This document shows positions 1 to 9,150 of a stretch of DNA of 64,000 nucleotides, piece after piece. Numbering within the stretch: the first letter of the stretch is position 1; each line of letters begins with the position of its first letter. The notes under the pieces were generated by a model. It did not search any database. It was not told the origin of the DNA and was given only the letters and a program-made list of their open reading frames with translations. The position numbers and the translations under genes were made by a program. The DNA lies in contig JBBDRK010000052.1 in the NCBI GenBank assembly GCA_040905465.1, positions 25,484 to 89,483 on the forward strand. The letters run 5' to 3'. The stretch is from Trueperaceae bacterium. Lineage in GTDB: Bacteria; Deinococcota; Deinococci; Deinococcales; Trueperaceae.

Positions 1-386
1 AGGAAGGAAACGGCGGCGAGTTACCCAGCGAGCTGACGGAATGGATGCGCGCCTGGCCCTACGAGCTGCTGGTCGAAGGCCTGCACTTCGCCCATGTCGG
101 GCCGCTGCCGGAGCACAACACCTTCGATACCGGCTTCTACCTGGAGAACCGCCGGCGCTGGATCTACGAGGAGCGCGACTGGCTTGACGGTACCGATTAC
201 CGGCTGGGCGTCTACGGTCACACGCCGGTTCGAGGCGGCGTGAACCTCACCTCCAAGGGCCGCGTAATCCTGCTGGATACCAACGGTCACGGCGACGAAT
301 ATTGCTACCTGGAGATCGATACCGAGCCGGACAGTTACCGCTTGCGGATGCGCGGCCTGTTCTTCGACGAGATCGTGAGCCGCTAG
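1..386 (+). CDS. Calcineurin-like metallophosphoesterase (Ser/Thr phosphatase-like), 5'-truncated by the window edge
   Basis: Frame open from the window edge. C-terminal PPP-type motifs FAHVG, VYGHTP and LLDT. Confidence 0.65.
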   Translation, partial: EGNGGELPSELTEWMRAWPYELLVEGLHFAHVGPLPEHNTFDTGFYLENRRRWIYEERDWLDGTDYRLGVYGHTPVRGGVNLTSKGRVILLDTNGHGDEYCYLEIDTEPDSYRLRMRGLFFDEIVSR

Positions 387-462
387 ATCTCCTCGCCATG
401 AGCCGTTAGGTCCATCGGTCGGCGGCCTGTCCTCTGGCGAGATGGTGAGCCGCTACGTTTCG

Positions 463-488
463 TCGGGCGGCAGCCTGTGCTCGCCCGA
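463..488. terminator. Hairpin between convergent genes (possible terminator)
   Basis: TCGGGCG-GCA...TGC-T-CGCCCGA inverted repeat; no strong U-tract. Confidence 0.35.
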
Positions 489-509
489 ACCCGCAACAGC
501 CTGTACGGT

Positions 510-2591
510 TCAGTTTTCGGCTACCTGCGCATATCCGGGGGCGAACAGGAGCCAAATGCGAAACGGCCTCAGGTCCACCGGCCTCCCACCGGAGTCGACG
601 AACGTCACGCCCCGGCCGCCGTCTTGCGCCGGCAGCCACCTTCCCGATATCGCTCTGCCCCGCAGGTGCAGCGTCGCCTCCCCTCCACGGAGCGGGATGT
701 AGAGCCGCCCGGCCGGGTCGTCGGGGATCTGACGGACGTCGATGCTGGCCACCAGCACCGCTTCGACGAACACGGCCTCCCCCCGGAAGTCCACTGCGTT
801 CTCCCCGTTGCGGCGCCACCGGTAGATATCCAGTTCCTGGATGTAGCCGAAGCCGCTCCGGTAGTTGCCGCCGTAGCGCACCTCCACCGATTGCGCCTCG
901 CGGGCGTCCTCGGGAGGGCGCGGCACGACGCCCCGCAGTTCCAACGACCGGTCGAGCCGCAGCCGATTTACCGCTTCTCGCAGAGATACGCCGTTGGAAT
1001 AGAGGTTATACGGGGCGTCCCTCCCCTGCTGGCGGGAGAACAGGTCACCGAAGCGGAAGGCGTTGAGCGTCGGCAAAGTTCCCCTGTCGATGGCGGCGAG
1101 CGCGTCGGGGGAGCCTCCGTCGTGAACCAGGATCCCGTCGTAGCTCCGGGCCAGGTTCACGAAGTAATCGCGAGCGCTGCGGATCGGGCCCACCTGGCCG
1201 GGATCACGACGGTCGTACATGGCCATCAGCCTGGTCAGGCCGCCCTCGACCGGCATCTCGGCGATCAGGGAGGCCTCGGTGAGCCCGGCCTGCGGGTAGC
1301 CCCGGGCATTATCGAGCAGGACGGCCAACGGCCGCTCGCGCTCCTCGCGGTAGGGAATCTGCGGACGCACCGACCTGGCACCGGTTGCGTCGCCCTCGGC
1401 GGTGTCCGCCGCCCGGCCCAGATTACCGGCCTGAGCACCGTCGGCTGCCCGGTCCTGGGCGGTGCGATCGGCATTTCCGCCGGGACGCCTGTCGTCGTTC
1501 CGATTGCTCGGATTGGGAGCCGTGCCGGCAGGGGCGGCGCCGGCGAGTGCCGCGCCACCCTCCGGCTCGGGCGCGGTTACCTCGGCTCGGATCGACGGCG
1601 TAGGTACGGCCACCGGCCGGCTCACCGCCACCTGGGCCGATACCGTGACCGGCCGCGCAGGTGCGACCTCGGCCTGCGCACCCGGCATCGGAATCGCTCG
1701 GGCTCCCGCCACCTCGGCAGCGGCCGTCGGGACCGGCACCGGGCGGGCGGCGGTAACGCTCGCCTCGGCAGCGGGTCGCGGCACCGGTGTGGCCTCGGCA
1801 ACCTCCGCGGCCGCACTCGGTCGTGGGATCGCTACCGCCTCGGCCACCTGGGCCGTGGCCGCCGGCGTAGGTACCGGCTCTGCCGCCGCAACCTCGGCGG
1901 CGGCGCGTGGAACCGGTACCGGCCGCTCCGCCGCGACCCGCACGCTCGGCGTGACCGCCACCGTTCGACTCTCCGGAACTCGTGCCGCGGCTGAGGGCCG
2001 CGGAATCGTGACGGCCTGCTCGGCCGGCCTCGGCGCCAGCTCGACCTCATCGATCTCAGGCAGTGCCGTGGCGGTGGTGGCGGCCACCGGCAAGTCGGCC
2101 GCGGCGGCTGCCGGTTGCGGTTGCCGCACCTGCGGTGTCGGCGCCACGGGAGCCGCGCTTCGGCTGTCCCGGCTGCGCTCGACCGGTTCCTCCGGGGGAG
2201 TGCGCTCCTCGACCGCCTGCTGCCGGGGCCTGGGTTGCGGCTGCGGTTGCGGCACCGGTTGCTCGGTGCGCGGTGCCGGATCGGGCGCCACAGTCTCCGT
2301 ATTGTCGGAAGTCCGCGCTTGCGGCTCACCCGTCTCCTCGTCAGCGACCTGAGGCGTGGGGGCCGCTGGCGCCGCTTCGTCCACCGTCGGGGCCTGCACC
2401 ACCCGGTCGGCCTGCTCCGGATTACCGAGATCTATCACCAGAAACTGCTCGAGCGGCACCGGGCGCGGCTGCGACAGCCACAGGACGAACAGCAGCAGGG
2501 CGCACAGGTGCGCGACCAGCGAAAGCATGAACGCCCGCCGGCGGTCGGCATCGTTCCACCAGCGTCCAAGCACGGCACGGGCGCTCTCCAC
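510..2591 (-). CDS. TonB/TolA-like membrane-anchored Pro/Ala-rich protein with C-terminal DUF3048 (YerB-like) domain
   Basis: N-terminal TM helix with S-x3-H (LSLVAHL) and a long Pro/Ala linker. C-terminus has DUF3048-type motifs (RPLAVLLDN, PQAGL, EMPVEGGLTRLMA, VGPIRSARDYF, VHDGGS). GTG start abuts the exbD stop. Confidence 0.8.
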   Translation of the reverse strand: MESARAVLGRWWNDADRRRAFMLSLVAHLCALLLFVLWLSQPRPVPLEQFLVIDLGNPEQADRVVQAPTVDEAAPAAPTPQVADEETGEPQARTSDNTETVAPDPAPRTEQPVPQPQPQPRPRQQAVEERTPPEEPVERSRDSRSAAPVAPTPQVRQPQPAAAAADLPVAATTATALPEIDEVELAPRPAEQAVTIPRPSAAARVPESRTVAVTPSVRVAAERPVPVPRAAAEVAAAEPVPTPAATAQVAEAVAIPRPSAAAEVAEATPVPRPAAEASVTAARPVPVPTAAAEVAGARAIPMPGAQAEVAPARPVTVSAQVAVSRPVAVPTPSIRAEVTAPEPEGGAALAGAAPAGTAPNPSNRNDDRRPGGNADRTAQDRAADGAQAGNLGRAADTAEGDATGARSVRPQIPYREERERPLAVLLDNARGYPQAGLTEASLIAEMPVEGGLTRLMAMYDRRDPGQVGPIRSARDYFVNLARSYDGILVHDGGSPDALAAIDRGTLPTLNAFRFGDLFSRQQGRDAPYNLYSNGVSLREAVNRLRLDRSLELRGVVPRPPEDAREAQSVEVRYGGNYRSGFGYIQELDIYRWRRNGENAVDFRGEAVFVEAVLVASIDVRQIPDDPAGRLYIPLRGGEATLHLRGRAISGRWLPAQDGGRGVTFVDSGGRPVDLRPFRIWLLFAPGYAQVAEN
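1570..2030 (-). repeat. Degenerate ~15-aa (45-nt) tandem repeats in the linker of the DUF3048 protein
   Basis: Units RPVPVPRAAAEVAAA, EPVPTPAATAQVAEA, VAIPRPSAAAEVAEA, TPVPRPAAEASVTAA, RPVPVPTAAAEVAGA, RAIPMPGAQAEVAPA. Boundaries approximate. Confidence 0.85.
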
Positions 2592-2993
2592 TCAGCCGCC
2601 CGTGGCTATCGAGATGCGCTGCGCCCCGGACTGCCGAATCAGATCGTAGACCCGCACCGCGAGTCCGTGCGGGACGCTCTGGTCGGCCCGGAAGACGACA
2701 ACACCCTGTCCGGTCGCTTCGAGCTGCGCCCTGAGGGCGGCAACGAGCTCCGACTCCTGTATCTCCGTGCCCGCCAGGAAGATCACCTGCTCGCTGGTAA
2801 CGGTGACGGTCGGGATGTCGGTCGCCTGCGCCTGCGAGCTGCTCGCCTGCGGCAGGTCAACCGGCAGTCCGGACTCCAGCGTGATGAAGGTGGTCGAAAC
2901 CATGAAGAAGATGATCAGGAGGAACACCACGTCGACCATCGGCGTGAGGTCGAGGGTCGTGTCGCGCCGGGTGAAGCGCGGCCGGCGTCTCAT
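2592..2993 (-). CDS. exbD: ExbD/TolR family biopolymer transport protein
   Basis: LTPMVDVVFLLIIFFMV with the conserved TM Asp, VDLP and RAD motifs. 4-nt overlap with exbB. Confidence 0.92.
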   Translation of the reverse strand: MRRRPRFTRRDTTLDLTPMVDVVFLLIIFFMVSTTFITLESGLPVDLPQASSSQAQATDIPTVTVTSEQVIFLAGTEIQESELVAALRAQLEATGQGVVVFRADQSVPHGLAVRVYDLIRQSGAQRISIATGG

Positions 2994-3667
2994 GCTTCCG
3001 ACGGAATCGGATCGTAGCTGCGTTCGCTCCTCTTGTCGTCGCCCCGTTTCTCATCGCGCCGCGCCGCTACCACCTGGACGACGTTGCCCATCAACTCCTC
3101 GCGCCGCCGGTCGATCTCGAGCAGAATGCTGTCCACCCGGCTGGCGAGGTAGTTGGCGCCGATGAGCGCCGGGATGGCCACGATCAGGCCGGCGGCAGTT
3201 GTCACCAGCGCCTGCCCGATACCGTCGGCCAGCGCCGCGGGATTGCCGGTACCCTGCTGCGAGATCTCGCCGAAGGCGATGATCATGCCGGTGACCGTAC
3301 CCAACAGCCCCATCAGCGGCGCGATCTGGGCGATCGTCGACAACGGCCTCAATCCGCGCGAGAGACGCTGCTCCTCCTGCAGGGTGGCCTCCTGAAAGGC
3401 CGCCTCCACTGCCGCCCGTCCGTACGGCAGGCGCCTGAGGGCAGACTGGATCACGCGCGCGACCGGGCCCCCGTGACGCTCGCAGGCGGCCAGGGCGAGC
3501 TCCAGATCGCGGTCCCGAACGGCGGCGTTGACCTTCAACATGAGGGCGTCGGCTTCCACCCGTTCCTTCGACAGCTTGAGGAACCGCTCGATGAACAGGT
3601 AGAGAGCGTAAAGCGAAACTATCAGTATAGCGACGAGAATGATGCCGCCGCTCAGAAGTAAATCCAC
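2990..3667 (-). CDS. exbB: MotA/TolQ/ExbB proton channel protein
   Basis: APLMGLLGTVTGMI and GIGQALVTTAAGLIVAIP motifs. SD GAGGAG before the GTG. Confidence 0.92.
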   Translation of the reverse strand: MDLLLSGGIILVAILIVSLYALYLFIERFLKLSKERVEADALMLKVNAAVRDRDLELALAACERHGGPVARVIQSALRRLPYGRAAVEAAFQEATLQEEQRLSRGLRPLSTIAQIAPLMGLLGTVTGMIIAFGEISQQGTGNPAALADGIGQALVTTAAGLIVAIPALIGANYLASRVDSILLEIDRRREELMGNVVQVVAARRDEKRGDDKRSERSYDPIPSEA

Positions 3668-3763
3668 GTGGAGCTCCTCACCTAAATATCACGACATCCT
3701 ATCGGATGATCCCTCCGAAACTGATGAGAGGACACGCTTCCCATGGTACCGCTACCGCGCGGT

Positions 3764-6499
3764 TCAGCCGGTGTTTCGCAATCCGGCCGATATGCCGATC
3801 AGCGTCACCTGCACCGCATATTCGAGGTCGGTCCGGTCCTCGCTCTCGTCGGTAAATCCGCGCAACCGCCGGATCAGCTCGACCTGAAGATGGGAGATGG
3901 GGTCGACGTAGGGGTTGCGCAAATCTATCGCCCGGGCAAGTGTGGCGTCATGTTCCAGCAGGGGTGAACCGGTGGCAGCCTCCACACGCGCGACCGACAG
4001 GCGGTGCTCGTGCCGGATCATCGGCCAGAACCGATCGACGAGCTCGGGATCGACGAGCTGCAGATACCTCTCGAAGATGCCCATGTCCGCTTTCGCCAGG
4101 CTCATCTGGGCGAAATCGAGGATCGTCCGGAAGAACGGCCACTCCCGGTACATCTCTTGCAGCTCGGCGTCCTGCAACTCGGCCAGCCCGCTGCCCAGGC
4201 CGAACCAGCCGGGAAGGTTGGCCCGGCACTGGGTCCAGGAGAACACCCAGGGGATGGCGCGAAGGTTGGCGAGAGCCTTGTCGCCCTTGCGCCTCACCGG
4301 CCGCGAACCAATCTGCAAGCGGCTGATCTCCTCTATCGGGGTCACCTGATGGAAGAAATCGAGGAAGCCGGGCGCTTCCAGTAGTTCGCGGTAACGCCGT
4401 TGGGCTCGCTCGGAGGCGCGCGACAACGCGTTGCGATAGCGCTCGGGCAGCTCCGCCAGGGGCCGGGCGTCTCTCGCGGAGGAGAGTATGAACGCATGAG
4501 CCACCTGCTCAAGGTGGCGGTGGGCGAGGTCGGGGTCGCTGTAACGCTCGCTGAGCGCCTCGCCCTGTTCCGTCAGCCGCATCCGGCCGTTGAGCGAACC
4601 GGGCGGTTGAGCGAGTATCGCCTGGCCGCTGGGGCCGCCGCCGCGGCCGATCGACGTGCCGCGGCCGTGAAAGAGCCGAAGCCGCACGCCGGCTTCCCGG
4701 CAGACGCGCGCTACCCCCTCCTGGGCCCGAAACAGCGCCCAATTGGCGGCCAGGAACCCGGCGTCCTTGTTCGAATCGGAGTAGCCGATCATCACTTCCT
4801 GGACGCCGCGCCGCTCCACGTGGCGCCGGTAGGCTGGGAGGGCGAACAGCTCACTCAGGACCTCGGGGGCGCGGCCGAGATCCTCTTCGGTTTCGAACAG
4901 CGGGGTCGCGTCGATGTCGGGGAAACCGGCCTGCTTGGCCAGCACCAGCACCTCCAGCACGTCGCTGACGCCTTCGGTCATCGACACGATGTAACTTCCG
5001 GTGGCGTGCGGCCCGTAGCGCGCTCGGGCTTGGCGAAACACCCGCAGGAACGCCAGCGCCCGCTCGGTCTCGGGCGCCAGCTCGGCGCCCTCGGGAGCGA
5101 AGGGGCGCAGCGACGACAGCTCGGCGGCGAGCAGCGCGACGCGCTCCCTTTCCGGCAGCTCGGCATATCCGTCGCTCACGCCGGCGATTCGCAAGAGGTC
5201 GGCGGCGGCGGCTTCGTGGACTCGCGAGTGCTCACGCAGGTCGATGGCCGCGAGATGAAGGCCGAACGCCGCGGCCCGGTAACGGAGCGGCCGTACGAAC
5301 GCTCTGGCGGCCCGAACGCCATCACCCTGCGCCAGGGTCTCCTCTATCAGCGCCAGGTCGCGCTCGAACGCCTCCGCCCCACCCGGGTAAGCGCCGCCAC
5401 CCTCCGCCAGGCCACGCTGCTCTTCCTCGCGCAAGAATGCATGCATGTGAAACAGCTTCTGCCGAAACGGCTCGCCCGGGAAGCGCTCCGGCCGGCCATG
5501 CCGTTCGTTGAGCTCCTCGAGGTCGGTGGCGAATGCCGGCGTGATCGACACTCGCCGCTCCCACTGCGACAGACGCTGCACCAGGCCGTCGACGTCGGCG
5601 ATCGCCTGCTGCAAGGCCACATCCGCCTGCAGGCGGTAGGCCTCCTCCGTGGTTTCGGGCAGCACGAACGGGTTGCCGTCGCGATCGCCGCCGATCCAGG
5701 AACGGAAGCGAATAACCGGCGGGAGCAGACGCGAGATGCCGTTGCCCGCTTCGTCCTGGTCGAAATACGTCTCCAACGCACCTTCCATGTCGAGCATCAG
5801 TTGCGGCACGGCCCTCAGGAGCGATCGCCGGTAGTAGTAAAGAGCACTCTTGACCTCGTCGATGACCGTCGGCTTCACGGAGAACAGCTCGCGCGTTTGC
5901 CACAAGGTACTGATCTCGGCGTGGATCTCGTCCTCGAGCGCCCGGCGTTGCCTGGGTGAGAGGGCGTGCTCGGAGAGGCGTCGCAGCGCAGATGCCACGC
6001 GCTCGAGCTTGAGCCGGATGGTGTAGCGCTTCACTTCGGTGGGATGCGCCGTCATCGTCATCCCGATATCGAGGTCCTCGACGAAGCGCCGCACCTCTGC
6101 CCCCGACCAGCCCTGGTCCTTGAGGAACTTCACCGCCGCCGCCACCGACTCGCCCCTGGGCGAGTCCGGCGTGGAGCGTCCTTCACGCAGGCGGTTGACG
6201 CGCACCCGGTGGATCTCCTCGGCGAGATTGATCAGCTGGAAGTACACCGTGAACGCCCTCAGTACCCGCTCGGCGCTGTCCAGGGAGAGCCCTGCCAGCA
6301 GCGCCTGCAGCTCCTCTTTTAGATCCGATCGGTCCGGCTCGCCGCGAAGGCGCTTGGTGAGCGAACGGACACGTTCGACCAGGTCGAATAGCTGCTCGCC
6401 CTCGAGCTCCTTGAGCACGTTCCCGAGCGCGCTCCCGAGGAAGTCGACGTCGGCGCGCAGCCGTGCGAATGCGTCGTCGTTGGCAGGCTGGTCGCTCAT
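3764..6499 (-). CDS. ppc: Phosphoenolpyruvate carboxylase
   Basis: TAHPTE, WIGGDRDGNP, QEVMIGYSDSNKD, FHGRGTSIGRGG, LRAIPWVFSWTQ, C-terminal GLRNTG. Start placed at MSDQP after a TACAAT box. Confidence 0.97.
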   Translation of the reverse strand: MSDQPANDDAFARLRADVDFLGSALGNVLKELEGEQLFDLVERVRSLTKRLRGEPDRSDLKEELQALLAGLSLDSAERVLRAFTVYFQLINLAEEIHRVRVNRLREGRSTPDSPRGESVAAAVKFLKDQGWSGAEVRRFVEDLDIGMTMTAHPTEVKRYTIRLKLERVASALRRLSEHALSPRQRRALEDEIHAEISTLWQTRELFSVKPTVIDEVKSALYYYRRSLLRAVPQLMLDMEGALETYFDQDEAGNGISRLLPPVIRFRSWIGGDRDGNPFVLPETTEEAYRLQADVALQQAIADVDGLVQRLSQWERRVSITPAFATDLEELNERHGRPERFPGEPFRQKLFHMHAFLREEEQRGLAEGGGAYPGGAEAFERDLALIEETLAQGDGVRAARAFVRPLRYRAAAFGLHLAAIDLREHSRVHEAAAADLLRIAGVSDGYAELPERERVALLAAELSSLRPFAPEGAELAPETERALAFLRVFRQARARYGPHATGSYIVSMTEGVSDVLEVLVLAKQAGFPDIDATPLFETEEDLGRAPEVLSELFALPAYRRHVERRGVQEVMIGYSDSNKDAGFLAANWALFRAQEGVARVCREAGVRLRLFHGRGTSIGRGGGPSGQAILAQPPGSLNGRMRLTEQGEALSERYSDPDLAHRHLEQVAHAFILSSARDARPLAELPERYRNALSRASERAQRRYRELLEAPGFLDFFHQVTPIEEISRLQIGSRPVRRKGDKALANLRAIPWVFSWTQCRANLPGWFGLGSGLAELQDAELQEMYREWPFFRTILDFAQMSLAKADMGIFERYLQLVDPELVDRFWPMIRHEHRLSVARVEAATGSPLLEHDATLARAIDLRNPYVDPISHLQVELIRRLRGFTDESEDRTDLEYAVQVTLIGISAGLRNTG

Positions 6500-6612
6500 C
6501 AACGCGGATTGTAACGCGCAACCGCGGGCTGGCTCGTCCGGCCGGGCAGACGCGGCAGCCGGCCGAGTCCCGGGCTCACGCCGCGCGCAGTCGCTGCGGG
6601 CCGCCGGCGCCG

Positions 6613-7389
6613 CTACTCGCCGGGACCCTCCGCCCGCCACTGGATCCGGCTGATCTCGCTGGCCCGACCCGCCTCGACCGAAATCTCCACGGCGCACAGC
6701 GTCCCGGGCCGGTCCGCCGGCCGGAATCGGCGCGGCATCTTGGTTACGAACCGGTGATGAACCTCTTCGAAGTTCATGCCCAGCGACGAGAACTGGACCC
6801 CCGACATGCCCACGTCGGTGATGTAGGCGGTGCCGTTCACCACCAGCTCGTCGGCGGTCTGGACGTGGGTGTGGGTGCCGATCACCGCGCTCGCCCGGCC
6901 CGCCAGGTGAAAGCCCATGACTTTCTTTTCCGACGTTGCTTCGGCGTGGAAATCCAGGATCAGCGCCTCGCCCGGAGCGACCGCTTCGACCAGCGCGTCC
7001 ACCGCCCTGAACGGGTCGTCGAGCGCGTCCATGTAGACGCGGCCCATCGCCTGGGCGACCGTCACCCGCTCACCACCCCTGGCGACGAAGCTGGCGAACC
7101 CCAGGCCGGGCGTGCCGGGCGGATAGTTGAGCGGCCGCAGCAGCCTGGGCGTCTCCTCCACCAGCTCCAGCACCTCGTTCTGATCCCAGGTGTGGTTGCC
7201 GAGAGTGACGACGTCGACACCGGCGGCCCGCATCTGCTCGAAGTGTTTGCGGGTTATCCCGTAGCCCCCGGCCGCATTCTCACCGTTGGCTATCACGAAG
7301 TCGTACTGATCACCGAACCGGGCGAGGAAGTCCTCCATCACCCGCAGCCCGGGCTTGCTGAAGATATCGCCGATGAACAGGACGCGCAT
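6613..7389 (-). CDS. ymdB: YmdB/TIGR00282 family metallophosphoesterase
   Basis: RVLFIGDI, IANGEN, TLGNHTWD, DFHAEATSEK, GTHTHVQTAD, YITDVGM. Confidence 0.93.
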   Translation of the reverse strand: MRVLFIGDIFSKPGLRVMEDFLARFGDQYDFVIANGENAAGGYGITRKHFEQMRAAGVDVVTLGNHTWDQNEVLELVEETPRLLRPLNYPPGTPGLGFASFVARGGERVTVAQAMGRVYMDALDDPFRAVDALVEAVAPGEALILDFHAEATSEKKVMGFHLAGRASAVIGTHTHVQTADELVVNGTAYITDVGMSGVQFSSLGMNFEEVHHRFVTKMPRRFRPADRPGTLCAVEISVEAGRASEISRIQWRAEGPGE

Positions 7390-7509
7390 GACGCGTAGGT
7401 TACCAGTCAGCACGCCCGGACATCGCACCGCTTCCGGCGCTGGTGCGAAGTGCCCGGGTTCCGGTACCGCTGCCGTGCGGGCAAGCGTTCTGGTACTCTT
7501 TGCAGAGCC

Positions 7510-7974
7510 ATGAACTTCGACTCGATCGACAGACAGATACTGCTGATCCTGCGCGAGGACGGCCGTTCCTCACACGCCGCCTTGGCCAAAGCCGTCGGAC
7601 TGTCCGCACCGGCCGTGGGCGAGCGAGTCAGGAAGCTCGAGCAGTCCGGCGTGATAAGGGGCTACCGGGCCGTGCTCGATGCCGACACATTGGGGCTCGA
7701 CATCTGCGCGTTCGTGGCGATCGCTCCGCAGCCGCGCAAGCCGGCAACCGAGCTCGTAGAGCGGCTGTTGAGCCTCCCAGAGATCGAAGAGCTCCACGCC
7801 GTAGCCGGAAACTACGCTTATATCGCAAAGGTGCGGGTGGCCTCTACCCAGGCGCTCGACGGCTTCCTGGACAGACTGTTCATGATGGACGGGGTCGAGC
7901 GAACCGAGACGACCATGGTGCTGCGGACCAACGCAGAACGGCCGATGCACCTGCCTTTCGACGAAAAACTCTGA
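7510..7974 (+). CDS. Lrp/AsnC family transcriptional regulator
   Basis: DSIDRQIL..L.EDGR HTH, LSAPAV.ERV.KLE..GVI.GY, and a RAM domain. Confidence 0.93.
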   Translation: MNFDSIDRQILLILREDGRSSHAALAKAVGLSAPAVGERVRKLEQSGVIRGYRAVLDADTLGLDICAFVAIAPQPRKPATELVERLLSLPEIEELHAVAGNYAYIAKVRVASTQALDGFLDRLFMMDGVERTETTMVLRTNAERPMHLPFDEKL

Positions 7975-7975
7975 A

Positions 7976-9145
7976 ATGAACGTGATAAGGCGACTCGTCG
8001 AGTCCGACCTCGACGCACTCATGGCAGTCCGTTCCATCTCCTATCCCGGATCCGGTCTGGAAGAGGCGGAGTTGCGCCGCATCATCGCCACCAGGCTGCC
8101 GTTCACGTGCGGACTGTTCGAGGCAGGCGAGCTCGCCTGCGTGGCAACGATGTGGCCGCTGCGCATGTACCTCGGCGGCAGGGAAGTCGCCATGGGCGGT
8201 CTCGCCGGCGTGGCGACGGCACCAGAGTTCCGTCGCGGGGGCCGGGTGCGCGCTCTCCTGAGGGAAGCTCTCGAGCGACTCCGGGACGAGGGCACCGGCT
8301 GGTGCCTGGAGTACCCGTTCGATCCGCGCTTCTACCATCGTCTCGGCTGGCAATCGGTGCCTTGCGGAAGCGAGGTCGAGATCCCCAGCGAATACCTCCA
8401 CCGGGGAGGTCCGCCGGTCTCGGCCCGGCGGCTGTCCCTGTCGGAGTTCGCCTCGCTGGCGCCGGTCTTCGAGAGCTGGGCCGCCCGATATACCTTCGCC
8501 CTCACCAGGCAGAACGACCCACGCAAGCCGTGGACCCGGATGGTAAGCAAGGAGTGGCTGGAGGACGACGGCTTCCTGTACACCGTCGACGGCGGCTACG
8601 TCCTGTTCACCCTCACGCAGGAGAACCGCCGAAACATCCTGACGGTCGAGGACTACGCCTATAGCGGCGGCAAAGGCCGCGACGACATCTTCAGGTTCCT
8701 CGGCGCCATGCACGGCCAGGCGGCTCTCATTCGCATGCACCTACCCGACGACGATCCCGTGTCGCTGGACCACCGCTTCCGTCATGCCACGCCTCGGCGA
8801 TGGCCGTTGCAGGCGCGAGTCGCCGACCTGGCGGCGGCCCTCGGGCCGCTCTCCGCGCCGGCCCGCGAGCCGTTCCGGCTGCGAGTCCACGACGAACTCT
8901 GTCCGTGGAACGACGGCACTTTCGAGCTGACCTGCGCGGAGTCGGGGACGTCGGTCGCGCGATGCGGCGGCGAGCCGGACGCGGAGTTGCCGATCCAGAC
9001 GATTCCGCTGCTCGTGGGCGGGGCCATAAGCGCCGAGACTGCGCTCGCCCAGGGTCAGGCGAGCGGCCAGATCGGCCCGTTGACAGCCATAGCCGGCCTG
9101 AGCCGGGGGCGCCGCAGCTTCATGCCGCTCAGCGACGCCTTCTGA
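7976..9145 (+). CDS. Eis-like GNAT acetyltransferase (tandem GNAT plus SCP2 domain)
   Basis: GVATAPEFRRGG acetyl-CoA motif, FYHRLGW, DELCPWNDGTF, and a terminal Phe typical of Eis. Confidence 0.88.
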   Translation: MNVIRRLVESDLDALMAVRSISYPGSGLEEAELRRIIATRLPFTCGLFEAGELACVATMWPLRMYLGGREVAMGGLAGVATAPEFRRGGRVRALLREALERLRDEGTGWCLEYPFDPRFYHRLGWQSVPCGSEVEIPSEYLHRGGPPVSARRLSLSEFASLAPVFESWAARYTFALTRQNDPRKPWTRMVSKEWLEDDGFLYTVDGGYVLFTLTQENRRNILTVEDYAYSGGKGRDDIFRFLGAMHGQAALIRMHLPDDDPVSLDHRFRHATPRRWPLQARVADLAAALGPLSAPAREPFRLRVHDELCPWNDGTFELTCAESGTSVARCGGEPDAELPIQTIPLLVGGAISAETALAQGQASGQIGPLTAIAGLSRGRRSFMPLSDAF

Positions 9146-9150
9146 GCCCG

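Noticed and set aside
1570-2030. Periodic repeats as a CRISPR array
   Set aside because: They are degenerate, in-frame coding repeats without unique spacers, and no cas genes are present.
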